Shown here piece after piece: positions 49,359 to 58,912 of a DNA stretch of 64,000 bases (positions within the stretch are counted from its first letter, which is position 1; every line of letters begins with the position of its first letter). Location of the stretch: NCBI GenBank assembly GCA_963716175.1, contig OY970296.1, positions 608,001-672,000 of the forward strand, written 5' to 3'. Below the pieces are notes generated by a model. The model saw nothing but the letters and a program-made list of their open reading frames with translations. It was not told the DNA's origin and did no database searches. A program made the position numbers and the translations under genes. The stretch is from an uncultured Armatimonadetes bacterium. GTDB lineage: Bacteria > Armatimonadota > Hebobacteria > Hebobacterales > Hebobacteraceae.

Positions 49359-50356
49359 TAGCGTCCTCCCTTCTCGGGCCTGGGCGGGACATAGGGCAGC
49401 TGGGGATGGGCCGGGGTGATGTAGGCGGCGTCAATGCCCAAGGGCGCAACATGATAATCAGTATAGTCCACGAAGTTGGCTGCCACGAAGTTGGAGACGT
49501 CCCAGATCTTGGCCGACTCCAGGTCCTTCTTGAAATATGGCATGTCGGTTCCGGTGATGCCGTTCATCACCTGATAGTAGAGCAGGCCGCCGATGTACTT
49601 GCCCTGCGGCAGATTGCCCTTGAGGGTGGTGAAGTCCAGCGGCGGAGGCATGAGGTGAGGCGCGGCAATACCTTTGCCGTCGCCGACCGGGCCATGGCAG
49701 CCCACGCAGAAGATCTCGTATACCTCCTGCCCGCGGGCCAACGCGGCTTGATCCGGAGGATACGGGTTGGGCATGTTCAGCCACACCGCTGGTACTTCGG
49801 AGTGAAGCCAGCGCAAGTTGGCCACCGGACCCGCGCGATAGGCCGCCACCGCCCGCTTCTTCCAGTAGCTCTGGCGCGCCACCCGGTAGTCGGCATCCGC
49901 GCCGCCCAGGCTCTGCACGTAGTCGGTGAGCAACTGCACGTTTCCCCTCCCGAGGAACTCGAACCGGGGCATGAGCGAGAGCGGGCGGGTCGAGCGCGGA
50001 TTCAGGAAATGGGCGAGGTGCCAGTCATCCGGATGCTCGCCTCCCTCCTGGGAGAGGTCGGGGCCGGTCCGCTCTGACCCCAGCAAGTGTGGCTGCTGCT
50101 GGTGGTAATCCCCGGCCTGAGCGATGCGGTCCGCGCCGACGCCCCAGTCCTGGGGCCGGACGTACTGGGAGTGGCAATAGGTGCAGCCATTGGCGATGAA
50201 GAGCAGGCGCCCCTTTTCCTCCCGCAGAGTGAGCGGCCGCCAGATCCTCGAGGGCTGCTTGGTGATGGTGGCGGTTGGCACCAGCACCACGGAGAAGAAG
50301 GCCGCCCAGACGATGGCAACGGAGCCGAAGATGAGAAGCGCAGGACTCATTCTCAT
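49358..50356 (-). CDS. ccoO: cbb3-type oxidase subunit II fused to a second cytochrome c domain
   Basis: GCTYCHSQYVRP, GSERTGPDL, WH..H..NP...P.S.MP; second CVGCH...MPYF. Start MRMSPA at 50356. Confidence 0.88.
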   Translation of the reverse strand: MRMSPALLIFGSVAIVWAAFFSVVLVPTATITKQPSRIWRPLTLREEKGRLLFIANGCTYCHSQYVRPQDWGVGADRIAQAGDYHQQQPHLLGSERTGPDLSQEGGEHPDDWHLAHFLNPRSTRPLSLMPRFEFLGRGNVQLLTDYVQSLGGADADYRVARQSYWKKRAVAAYRAGPVANLRWLHSEVPAVWLNMPNPYPPDQAALARGQEVYEIFCVGCHGPVGDGKGIAAPHLMPPPLDFTTLKGNLPQGKYIGGLLYYQVMNGITGTDMPYFKKDLESAKIWDVSNFVAANFVDYTDYHVAPLGIDAAYITPAHPQLPYVPPRPEKGGR

Positions 50357-51714
50357 GGCTGCAACCGCTCTCCGCGGGCCAGCGTCATGAGCACGTTGTA
50401 GAGCCCGATGAAGGCCCCGGTGACGATGAGCAGGCCGAAAGCGAGCCGCAGCCCCATGTAGGGCGCGATCAGCGGCAGCGCCCGGTAGACGGTCTCGCCA
50501 TTCGCCCAGGCCCCTCCCTGGATCAGGCCGGCTATGGTGAGCACGCCGAAGAACCCGGAAACACCAACCAGCACCAGCCAGAACTGCAGATTGGCCAGGT
50601 TCATGCTGAACACGCGCCGCCCGGAGACCAGGGGCAGCACGTACCAGAGGCCACCCAGAGCGATCATGCCGGAGAACCCGAGCACCGCGATGTGGGCGTG
50701 CCCGATCACCCAGTTGTTGAAGTGGGTGTAGCGCTGGACCGAGGGCAGCGACTGCAGGGGCCCCTGAAGGCAGGTGATGAGGTACCAGAACGACCCTACG
50801 AACACGAACTTGCCGGGCACACTGCGGGTGAAGTTGCCCAGGTTGTCCTTCGTGGTCAGCCACAGGTTCACCAGCACTGTCATCACCGGGACCACCATGC
50901 CGATGCTGTCCACCACCGAGATGGTCTTCAGCCACGTGGGCACTGGGGCCTGGATGAGATGGTGAGTGCCGATGTGAGTGTAGAAGGCCAGCAGCGTCCA
51001 GAACCCGATGAGCGAGAGGGTGTGGCTGTAGAGAGGGGCCTGGGCTACCCGGGGGATGACATAGTAGGCGATGGCCAGGGCCAAAGGGGTAAGGAAGAGG
51101 CCGAAGATGTTATGCCCGTAGAACCAGAGCCATACCGCGTCCACCGTGCCAGTGAGTGCTCCGGTGGCAGGATGCCACATGACATTGCCCAGAGGGAACA
51201 AGAGCGTGGTCCAGAGGACACCGCCGCAGATATACCAGACCGAGACATAGAGCAGACTCTCCCGCCTCCGCAGCACCGTCATGATCAGCACGTAGAGGAG
51301 CAGCAGCAAAGCGCCCAGGAACAGCACCTTCACCGGGAAGACCAGCTCCGCGTATTCGCGGCCCTGCGTGAATCCCAGCGGCAGGGTGGCGACTGCGCCC
51401 ACCAGCGCCAGGTTGTACAGCACCAAGGAAAGGTTGGCCACCCGCTGGCCGTAGAGCCGAGTGCGCAGCATCACCGGCACTATGTACAACCCCGCGCCGA
51501 TGCTCATCAGGCCCACGAACCCGAAGAGCACCATGTTGGTGTGCGCCGGCCGCACCCGGCCGAATTCCAGGAAAGGGATGTTGCGAAGCACATCGGGCGA
51601 GAAGAGCTGAACCGCGCTCGCCAATCCCGCGAGCGTGGCCACGCACAGCCATACCGCGGAGGAAACGAGATACCTTCTCGCCGCACTATGCTCTTCGTTC
51701 GGCAGCAACTCCAC
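50353..51714 (-). CDS. ccoN: cbb3-type (C-family) haem-copper oxidase subunit I
   Basis: FGRVRPAHTN, GREYAE, WFYGHN, YSHTLS..FW...FY.HIGTHHL, WVIGHAH. Confidence 0.9.
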   Translation of the reverse strand: MELLPNEEHSAARRYLVSSAVWLCVATLAGLASAVQLFSPDVLRNIPFLEFGRVRPAHTNMVLFGFVGLMSIGAGLYIVPVMLRTRLYGQRVANLSLVLYNLALVGAVATLPLGFTQGREYAELVFPVKVLFLGALLLLLYVLIMTVLRRRESLLYVSVWYICGGVLWTTLLFPLGNVMWHPATGALTGTVDAVWLWFYGHNIFGLFLTPLALAIAYYVIPRVAQAPLYSHTLSLIGFWTLLAFYTHIGTHHLIQAPVPTWLKTISVVDSIGMVVPVMTVLVNLWLTTKDNLGNFTRSVPGKFVFVGSFWYLITCLQGPLQSLPSVQRYTHFNNWVIGHAHIAVLGFSGMIALGGLWYVLPLVSGRRVFSMNLANLQFWLVLVGVSGFFGVLTIAGLIQGGAWANGETVYRALPLIAPYMGLRLAFGLLIVTGAFIGLYNVLMTLARGERLQP

Positions 51715-51885
51715 TCGGCTTCCCTCGCCTAAGGTTCCCGGGCAGGAGACACACTCCTACCCTATAGACGCTCGCACAACGAAGTAACGGCTCGCCGGGC
51801 CCGTGCGCCCGTTCGAGCGTCTCCCGGCTGGGTTCCGCCATCACCTCGTTTGGCGAAACCCACTAGGTGCTCCGCGCGTTCACAT

Positions 51886-52189
51886 GGCAGGAGCAAGCTC
51901 CTGCCCAACGGACATGGGTTGTAGGGCGGGCATGCCGACGCCCGCCACGCGGGGCGGAGGCATCGCCGCCGGCCCTTCCACGCTCGTTTTCCCGCGGCGG
52001 CGATGCGCCCTGCTCCATTCTCTGTCGCAGGATGCATGGCCGCACTACAAACGCTCACGGCAGCGAGCATGCAGAGATGGCTAGGTCGCTCGAAGCGACC
52101 GCTGGCTAAGCCCGCCTTCGGCGGGCCGCCATCCCGGCCTTCAGGCCTAGGGACACGGCAGCTGATAGCCCAGCCGCATGCCGCCCTAC
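51886..52189. repeat. Cluster of REP-like palindromes and degenerate copies of the 50-nt element
   Basis: GGCAGGAGCAAGCTCCTGCCCAAC (51886), GTAGGGCGGGCATG..GCCCGCC (51921), TGGCTAGGTCGCTCGAAGCGACCGC (52078), GCATGCCGCCCTAC (52176). Confidence 0.65.
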
Positions 52190-52194
52190 AGAAC

Positions 52195-52725
52195 TCAATA
52201 GTGGCACGTCGTGCATGACACCGGAGTATCGTTCTTCCGGTGGCAGTCAATGCAAAACCCCATTTCCATCGGCATCGCCTGGATGATGCGATCCATCTGC
52301 TTCACATCCCCGTGGCACTGGCCACAGTCCACGTCCGCCGCGAGATGCATCTCGTGGTTGAAATGCGCGTAGTCCGGCAGATCGTAGACCCGGGTCCAGG
52401 GGACGGGCTGCCTCCGGTCGAAGTAGCCGTGCAGGTCGCGTATCGGCGCGAACTGGGTGATGATCACGTTGTGGCACAGCAAACACTTGCGTACCTCCGG
52501 CATCCCCGCGTTCTTCGACCGGTCGGCACCGTCGTGGCAGAACAGGCAGCTGATCTGCCTCACCCCGGCGTGGATGCGATGGCTGAAGGGCAGAGGCTGC
52601 TTGGGCCCCACCTGGTAGGGATAGGCGCCATAGTGTATCAACCAGGCTGCCACGGCAATGGCCGCGATTGACGACAATATCACTGCCCATCGCCGGGACC
52701 ACGGGCGCTTGGCACTCACTGCCAT
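52195..52725 (-). CDS. actA: Pentahaem cytochrome c, alternative complex III subunit A
   Basis: N-terminal TM, PKQPLPFSH..H, five CxxCH motifs (CLFCH, CLLCH, CGQCH, CIDCH, CTTCH). Confidence 0.9.
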   Translation of the reverse strand: MAVSAKRPWSRRWAVILSSIAAIAVAAWLIHYGAYPYQVGPKQPLPFSHRIHAGVRQISCLFCHDGADRSKNAGMPEVRKCLLCHNVIITQFAPIRDLHGYFDRRQPVPWTRVYDLPDYAHFNHEMHLAADVDCGQCHGDVKQMDRIIQAMPMEMGFCIDCHRKNDTPVSCTTCHY

Positions 52726-53910
52726 TCCGCCCGCTCCTTCACCAGCTCCTCATCGAGCGGGCTGACCGCGGGATAACGCGCGAGAAACGGAGCGGCGGTC
52801 AGCACTAGCAGGCCCAGGAATCCCACTCCTATCAGCGGAACCAACACCGGAAAGCGCGTGTATTTCGGCGCCAGGGAGGGCGCCACCAGCATGTACCTCT
52901 CCAGCCATACCGACAGCAGCACCAGGGCCGCCACGCCGAAAAGCGCGCGGGTTCTCCTTCACCTCGCGAATCACCAGCAGCGCGAACACCCCGAGGTAGC
53001 AGGTGAACACCAGCACCCAGCAGATGGTCTGCCAGGGAGGGAAGTGGATGCGAGGCAGCACCCAACTGGTTTCCGGCGGCAGGTTCTCATACCAGATGGT
53101 CAGCGACTGGGCGAACATGAAGTAGGTCATCGCCATGGCGAAGGCCATCAGCAGGTTCCCCATGTCCTGCAGGCGCTGGCGGCCGATGAGAGACGCCACA
53201 CCCAGCCAGCGGCGCAGCAGGAGGGTCGTGATGATCAACGCCGCCATCCCCGAGTAGAGCCCGCCGATCAGGTAGTACCAGCCGAAGAGGGTCCCGTACC
53301 ACTGTGGCACCAGGGACATGGCCAGGTCCAGCCCGATGAGGCTGGCCACCACGGTATAGACGAAGGCCAGCATCACGCCCAGCACGGCGAGGCGGCGCTT
53401 CGTCCGTGGGAGATTCTCCTCGCGCTGCGAGGGCGAAGCCAGATCCTGGCGCAGATAGGTGCGGACATAGACCAGCCCGAGCGCGAAGAGGGCCAGCAGC
53501 CCGAGTCCGTCGCGCAGGAAGACGAAGGGCGCATTCAGCCAGATGGCCTGATCGCCGATGTCCATGTGCATCCAGGGCAGATAGTAGCGGCGGCCGACGA
53601 ACAGCCCGACGAATATCAGCACGGAGACCCCGAGGAACCAGATCGCCGAGTGGCCCAGCCGGTTGGCCCACCCGCTCCAGGCGGTGCGGGCGAGGCGGAA
53701 GGCCACCGACCACATGAACGCACCCTGGGCGAGGCTGGTCCAGAACAGGAAGTTGATCAGCAGGGCCCGCCAGGCGGGGGCCGGATCGGGGGCGGTGAGG
53801 CCCAGTGCGAAGGAGGCCAGCCCGACTATGATGCCAAGCGCGGCCAGCAGGTAGAGCCAGGCCGGGACCCGGCGGACATGAGCTTCAGTTGTCGGCGGCC
53901 GATAGCTCAT
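52716..53910 (-). CDS. actF: Alternative complex III subunit F (NrfD-like), frameshifted near 52945
   Basis: WLNAPF..R, D..MSL.P.WYGTLFG, DMGNLL, FAQ...IWYENLP.E; C-terminus (WLERYMLVAP) continues in ORF 52716..52934. Confidence 0.8.
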
Positions 53911-54454
53911 TGACTTCTCTGGCCCCGGCGTCGCGGAGGAGGGCAGCCACCCGCGCCGATTCGCTCGCGCCGCAGGTGACCGCGATCCCGAATTGGTCCT
54001 CGCCGAACCGAGGATCGTAGGCCGCCGTGGGCCGGCCCGGCCGCAGGCGGGCGAAGGCGATGATGGCGATAATCGCGGTGAGGCCGCCCAGGAGCACGGT
54101 CAGCTCGAAGCCGATCACACAGTAGGGCAGGATCGCGGCCGGCTGCTTTCCCCCAACGATGAGGCCATAGAGCAGGGCGCTGCCAATGCACATCCAGAAG
54201 CCGCCGATGCAACCCGTGATGGCTGCGACCAGCACCACGAATCGGACCGGGCTGCCGCGCCGGGGCAGCAGATGCTCCAGCTCTGGCAGAGCCACCGGTG
54301 AGTAGGCCGCGAAATCCCGCAGGCCTTCGGCCCGCAGACGCTTGAGCGCACCCACGAAGGAGGCCATCTCCGGGAATACCGAGAACACCCGAGCCTGGTC
54401 GCCCGCCGGCCATGCTTGCCCGCCGGCCGTGTGGCGGGTGGTGGGCTCGCTCAT
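53885..54454 (-). CDS. actD: Alternative complex III subunit D (DUF3341)
   Basis: AYSP, VGGK, FELTVL, YDPRF..D.F, GAREV. Start MSEPTT at 54454. Confidence 0.88.
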   Translation of the reverse strand: MSEPTTRHTAGGQAWPAGDQARVFSVFPEMASFVGALKRLRAEGLRDFAAYSPVALPELEHLLPRRGSPVRFVVLVAAITGCIGGFWMCIGSALLYGLIVGGKQPAAILPYCVIGFELTVLLGGLTAIIAIIAFARLRPGRPTAAYDPRFGEDQFGIAVTCGASESARVAALLRDAGAREVNELSAADN

Positions 54455-55776
54455 AGCGCCGCCTCCGCCGCCTCCCCCAGCCGGATCTCCTTGCTCTCCG
54501 CGATGGAAACCACCGGCAGGTGCTTGGAGAACAGGACGAACCAGAACAGGAACCAGCAGACGGAGGCGGCGGTGATGCTCACTTCCACCCAGGTGGGATT
54601 GTAGAAGCCCCAGACATTGGGCAGGAAATCGTGCGCGGTGGAGTTCACGATGATGACGAAGCGCTCCAGCCACATGCCGATGGTGACCGCCAGGGAGATG
54701 ATGAAGAGGGGCCAGAGCCGGGTGCGGGCTTTCTTCCAGAAGAGGAAGTAGGGGGCCACGCAGTTGCAGGCGATGGTCCCCCAGTAGGCCCAGGCATAGG
54801 GGCCGAAGGCCCGCCAGGCGGAGAATTGCCGCTCGAACACATCCCGGCTGTACCAGGCGATAAACGGCTCCATGATGTAGGCATAGAGCAGAATGGTGCC
54901 GGTCACGATCATGAGCAAGGCGGCCTGCTCCAGGTGGCGGATGGTGATGACGTGCTCCAGCTTGAGGAACTTGCGAGCCGGAATGAGCAACAGGATCACC
55001 ACCGCCAGGCCGGAGTGGATCGCCCCGGCGACGAAGTAGGGGGCGAAGATCGTGGTGTGCCACCCCGGCAGCAGAGACATGGCGAAGTCGAAGGAGACCA
55101 CGCTGTGGACCGATATTACCAGAGGTGTGGCGAGGCACGCCAGGCACATGTAGCCTCTCAAGTAGTGGCGCCACTGATCGTGCTCGCCCCGCCATCCCAG
55201 AGCCAGCGCGCGGTACACGCGGTGGCGCCGCCCCGTGGAGGCGTCGCGCGCCGCGGCCAGATCGGGGATCATGCCCGCGTACCAGAAAATGGTGCTGATG
55301 ATGAGATAGGTGGTCACGGCCACCACGTCCCACACCAGGGGAGACTTGAAGTTGGGCCAGAGATGGCGCTGATTGGGATAAGGCAGGATGAACCAGAACA
55401 CCCAGACCCGGCCCAAGTGGATCAACGGGAAGAGCCCGGCGGTCATCACCGCGAACACGGTCATCGCCTCTGCGCTGCGGTAGATGGCCGAGCGCCAGCG
55501 GATGCGGAAGAGGTAGAGGATGGCCGAGATCAGCGTGCCGGCGTGGCCGATCCCAATCCAGAACACGAAGTTGACGATGTAGGTGGCCCAGCCGATGGGG
55601 TGGCTGATGCCGGCCACCCCCATGCCCCGACAGATCTGGAAGCCCCAGCTGAACGCGCCCCACACGATGCCGAGAAAGAGCAGCGCCACCCCGGCCCAGT
55701 AGACTCGGGAGGGCCTGGAGAGCAGCGCGCGCAGGACTGATTGGTTGTAGTCGCGCAGGGCCAGCTCGGCGGTCAT
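54451..55776 (-). CDS. actC: Alternative complex III subunit C (NrfD/PsrC family)
   Basis: NFVFWIGIGHAGTLISAIL, HLGR.W, NFKSPLVWD, SVHSVVSFDF, WHTTIFAPYFV.GAI.SG, WLERFVII. Confidence 0.95.
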   Translation of the reverse strand: MTAELALRDYNQSVLRALLSRPSRVYWAGVALLFLGIVWGAFSWGFQICRGMGVAGISHPIGWATYIVNFVFWIGIGHAGTLISAILYLFRIRWRSAIYRSAEAMTVFAVMTAGLFPLIHLGRVWVFWFILPYPNQRHLWPNFKSPLVWDVVAVTTYLIISTIFWYAGMIPDLAAARDASTGRRHRVYRALALGWRGEHDQWRHYLRGYMCLACLATPLVISVHSVVSFDFAMSLLPGWHTTIFAPYFVAGAIHSGLAVVILLLIPARKFLKLEHVITIRHLEQAALLMIVTGTILLYAYIMEPFIAWYSRDVFERQFSAWRAFGPYAWAYWGTIACNCVAPYFLFWKKARTRLWPLFIISLAVTIGMWLERFVIIVNSTAHDFLPNVWGFYNPTWVEVSITAASVCWFLFWFVLFSKHLPVVSIAESKEIRLGEAAEAAL

Positions 55777-58733
55777 GTTGGCTCCGAGTCGTTAACCACC
55801 CGCTTCAGGTAGATCACCGCGGGCTTCGTGTTCAGGTGCGAGAGCACCTGGAAGCGGCGGGGGTTGGCCTGCACCAACCGCGAGATCCGGGAATTCGGGT
55901 CCATGAGATCACCGAACACGAAGACCTGGGCTGGGCAGGTCTGAACGCAGGCCGGCGTGATCTCTCCATCGCGCAGGGGCCGCGCTTCCTTCTTGGCGCG
56001 GGCCTCCGCCTCATCTATCCGCTGGACGCAGAAAGTGCACTTCTCCATCACTCCCCGGCAGCGGACGCTAACATCCGGGTTGAGCTGCCAGGTCAGCGCC
56101 GCCGGCCAGTCGTAGTTGCGCCAGTTGAACCGGCGCACCTTGTAGGGGCAGTTGTTGTTGCAGTACCGGGTCCCGATGCAGCGATTGTACACCTGAGCAT
56201 TCAGCCCCTCATCGGTGTGGTGGGCTGCGAAGACAGGGCAGACCGGCTCGCAGGGCGCGGCATCGCAGTGCTGGCAGAGCATGGGCAGGAAAAGCGCGGG
56301 GGTCTGGGGCGATTCCCATTGGTAGTAGCGATCTATCCGCAACCAGGACATCTCCCGCCCCTGGGACACCCACCTCTTGCCCACCACCGCGACGTTGTTC
56401 TCCGCATAGCAGGCGGCCACGCAGGCCTCGCAGCCGACGCAGCGGCCGAGATCTACCGCCATCGCCCAGCGGTGGCTGGGATAGGAATGTGGAGGATAGA
56501 TGTCGGTCGCCGGGGAGTAGCCCTTGGGCAGAGGCCAGAACAGCTCCTTGGGCCGCTGCTGGGGCAGCTTCGACAGCATCACCGCCTCCACGATGGCGCG
56601 GTCATGCTGCGCGGTGCTGCCGATGGCGCGCACCACCGCCTCCGCTGCCCGCTGTGGCGTGACGTATACCTCGGGGAATGGGCCAATCCCGGAAAGCTGC
56701 TCTGACAGCAGTTGAAAGGCATTCGCTCCTCTATCCGCAGCATAGCGGCCATAGGCGGCGTGTCCCTGTCCGAATTGCAGGCTGACCGTGTCCGGGGCCA
56801 GCCCTGGGTAGACAAGGGCCGGAGCCACGATGCTTCCGGCGGCCGTACTTAGCTCCAGTATCTGCCCCGCCTCCACCCCCAACCGATGCGACCGACGCCC
56901 GACCCGCCCCATCTCGATTCCCAGCCTGTGGGCGGTCTGGGGATTCACCTCCACCCACGAGCCCCAGACGCCGAGGCTGACCACATCGGGGGTTTCCTGG
57001 AGCCAGCGCTTGTTCGCCCCCCGGCCGTCGAAGAGGAAAGCTGACGGATGGGCCCAGAGCGCCAGGCCCGTGGCCGCCTGAGGCACAGAAAAGCTCACCC
57101 GCGCTGCGCCGTTCGCCCGGAGCGCGGCCGGGGCGGACCGGGATTCCCGCCAGTGTCCCCCCCGCTTCATGGCCTGCTGCCAGAACTCATCACGCGAGGC
57201 TCCCGGTTCCACCTCCTCCGCCCGTCGGGCCCAACGCTCTCGCAGGTAATCGTAGAAGCTGCTTATCGGTCGGCCGCGCGGAGAAGCGGCCCCGGGCTCT
57301 GCCTGCAAGTCCGCGGCTGCGGCGTTCGCCAAGGCCAGCAAGATATCCCCGGCGGATTGCGTCTGATGCCTGGTGCCCATCACAGGCTGCATCAGGTTGG
57401 CGACCCCGGTTTCCGGCTCGTAGTCTCCCCACGATTCCAGCGGCGTGTCGGCAGGCAGGACCCAGGAGGCTAGGGCCGCAGTCTCATCGGGGAAGGCGGA
57501 TAGGCTGACCACCGTCGGCACCGCCTTCAGCGCTTCGGCAAAGCGCAGCCCTGGCGGCAGCGAGTACGCGGGATTGGCCCCGATGATCACCAGCACCTCC
57601 ACTTGTCCGCTGCTGACCTCGCTGACGAAATCCGAGATCTCCAATGTGCGGGCGGTCTTCCCCAGAGCATGGCTGCGGCTGAAGTCAACAGCCGAAGTCT
57701 GGGCGGCGAGGTTGAGCAGGTTCGCCGCCAAGGCCGCCTCGATGGCCGCGCGGCCGCCGGGCAGTGGCAGCCCGGCCAACGCCAGCGGCGTCTTCGCCCG
57801 GCCGAACTGGCGAGCGAGTGACCTGATCTTCTCAGCGGAAATGCCGATGCGTTGGCTCGCCTGCTCCGGGGTCAACTCGGGAACGCCCGCCGGCAGGCGG
57901 CCCTTGGCCAGGCCTTCCGAAGCCATCGCCTGGATCATCGCCAGCGCCAGCCAGCGCTCGTCTCCCGGCTTGACGAGTAGGTACTCGTCCGCGTTGCACG
58001 CGGTCATAGACACTCGCGGCCCGACATAGACGAACTTGCCCATGTTCCCGTTCTTCGGCACGCGGGTTTCCGCAAACCGGCGAATCCACTTCACCGGAGA
58101 GATCCAAGTCTCGAGGAAGTCGGCCGCAAAAGAGATGAGGAAGTCGCAGCGATCGAGGTGGTAGTCGGGGATGGCCTCTCGGCCGAACACCAGGCGGTTG
58201 GCCTCTCGCAAGGGCTCGTAGTTGAAGGGCTCATAGACCAGATAGCGCTCCGAACCGAAGGCCTTCAGCCACTCCCCGATCAGCGCCGTCAGGCTGCCGG
58301 ACTGCAGGTCGGATATCACCGCCACGCGCCCGGTTCCCCGAAGAGGAGCGAGTATCCGGCCGATCTCGGCCAGCGCAACCTGCCACTCCACCTTGGCCTC
58401 TCGGCCTCTCTCGCGCCTGATGGGCGCACGAATCCGGTCCGGGTCGTAGAGCCCCTGGAGAGCCGCCTGGCCCCGCGCGCAGAGCGTCCCCGCGTTGATG
58501 GGATGGAGCGGGTTGCCCTCGGCCTTAGTAGCCCGGGCTTCTCGGTTTCTGATGATCTGCCCGCAGCCCGCCGGACACTCCCGACAGCTCGTGGCATACC
58601 AGGTCGAGACTCCCGGCACGAGCTGATCGGCCGGCACCAGGAATGGGATGAGCTTGTTGAACTGAAGCGGCTCGGCCCAGAAGCCAATGGTGGTGCCGCC
58701 AATCACCAGTTTCAGGAAATCGCGACGCTGCAT
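55773..58733 (-). CDS. actB: Alternative complex III subunit B (molybdopterin-oxidoreductase-like domain plus Fe-S domain), Tat substrate
   Basis: MQRRDFLK Tat motif at 58733; CRECPAGC..EGNP.HP...LC; C-terminal CVGCEACVAAC, CQHC..APCEPVCP, CIGTRYC..NCPY, EKCTFC, PACVQTCP. Confidence 0.9.
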   Translation of the reverse strand: MQRRDFLKLVIGGTTIGFWAEPLQFNKLIPFLVPADQLVPGVSTWYATSCRECPAGCGQIIRNREARATKAEGNPLHPINAGTLCARGQAALQGLYDPDRIRAPIRRERGREAKVEWQVALAEIGRILAPLRGTGRVAVISDLQSGSLTALIGEWLKAFGSERYLVYEPFNYEPLREANRLVFGREAIPDYHLDRCDFLISFAADFLETWISPVKWIRRFAETRVPKNGNMGKFVYVGPRVSMTACNADEYLLVKPGDERWLALAMIQAMASEGLAKGRLPAGVPELTPEQASQRIGISAEKIRSLARQFGRAKTPLALAGLPLPGGRAAIEAALAANLLNLAAQTSAVDFSRSHALGKTARTLEISDFVSEVSSGQVEVLVIIGANPAYSLPPGLRFAEALKAVPTVVSLSAFPDETAALASWVLPADTPLESWGDYEPETGVANLMQPVMGTRHQTQSAGDILLALANAAAADLQAEPGAASPRGRPISSFYDYLRERWARRAEEVEPGASRDEFWQQAMKRGGHWRESRSAPAALRANGAARVSFSVPQAATGLALWAHPSAFLFDGRGANKRWLQETPDVVSLGVWGSWVEVNPQTAHRLGIEMGRVGRRSHRLGVEAGQILELSTAAGSIVAPALVYPGLAPDTVSLQFGQGHAAYGRYAADRGANAFQLLSEQLSGIGPFPEVYVTPQRAAEAVVRAIGSTAQHDRAIVEAVMLSKLPQQRPKELFWPLPKGYSPATDIYPPHSYPSHRWAMAVDLGRCVGCEACVAACYAENNVAVVGKRWVSQGREMSWLRIDRYYQWESPQTPALFLPMLCQHCDAAPCEPVCPVFAAHHTDEGLNAQVYNRCIGTRYCNNNCPYKVRRFNWRNYDWPAALTWQLNPDVSVRCRGVMEKCTFCVQRIDEAEARAKKEARPLRDGEITPACVQTCPAQVFVFGDLMDPNSRISRLVQANPRRFQVLSHLNTKPAVIYLKRVVNDSEPT

Positions 58734-58912
58734 GCGGAGCACTTGCCCATGGTTGATGTTCGGGACGCCATCTTTGCCCAGACGCACGGTAATCCTCTGA
58801 CACCGCGCGGTCAGCGCGCTATATTGCAACAAGGCAGCGCCAGAGCCGCAGGAAGTCGGCCGCGGCGACGACGAATCCAGCTTGAGACCACGCTTCATAG
58901 GTGCTAGTGGGA

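Noticed and set aside
50353-51714. Nitric oxide reductase assignment for the haem-copper subunit
   Set aside because: It has GHNIFG rather than HxxxE, keeps the cbb3-type Tyr before the HH pair, and sits with ccoO, ccoS and ccoI.
51715-52194. Possible CRISPR array in the repeat-rich gaps
   Set aside because: The repeats are inverted and irregular, not regularly spaced direct repeats; no cas genes.
53885-55663. 592-aa ORF suggesting a large ActD fusion
   Set aside because: The upstream part is an alternative frame over actC; ActD starts at 54454. The same applies to the 49358..50935 extension over ccoN.
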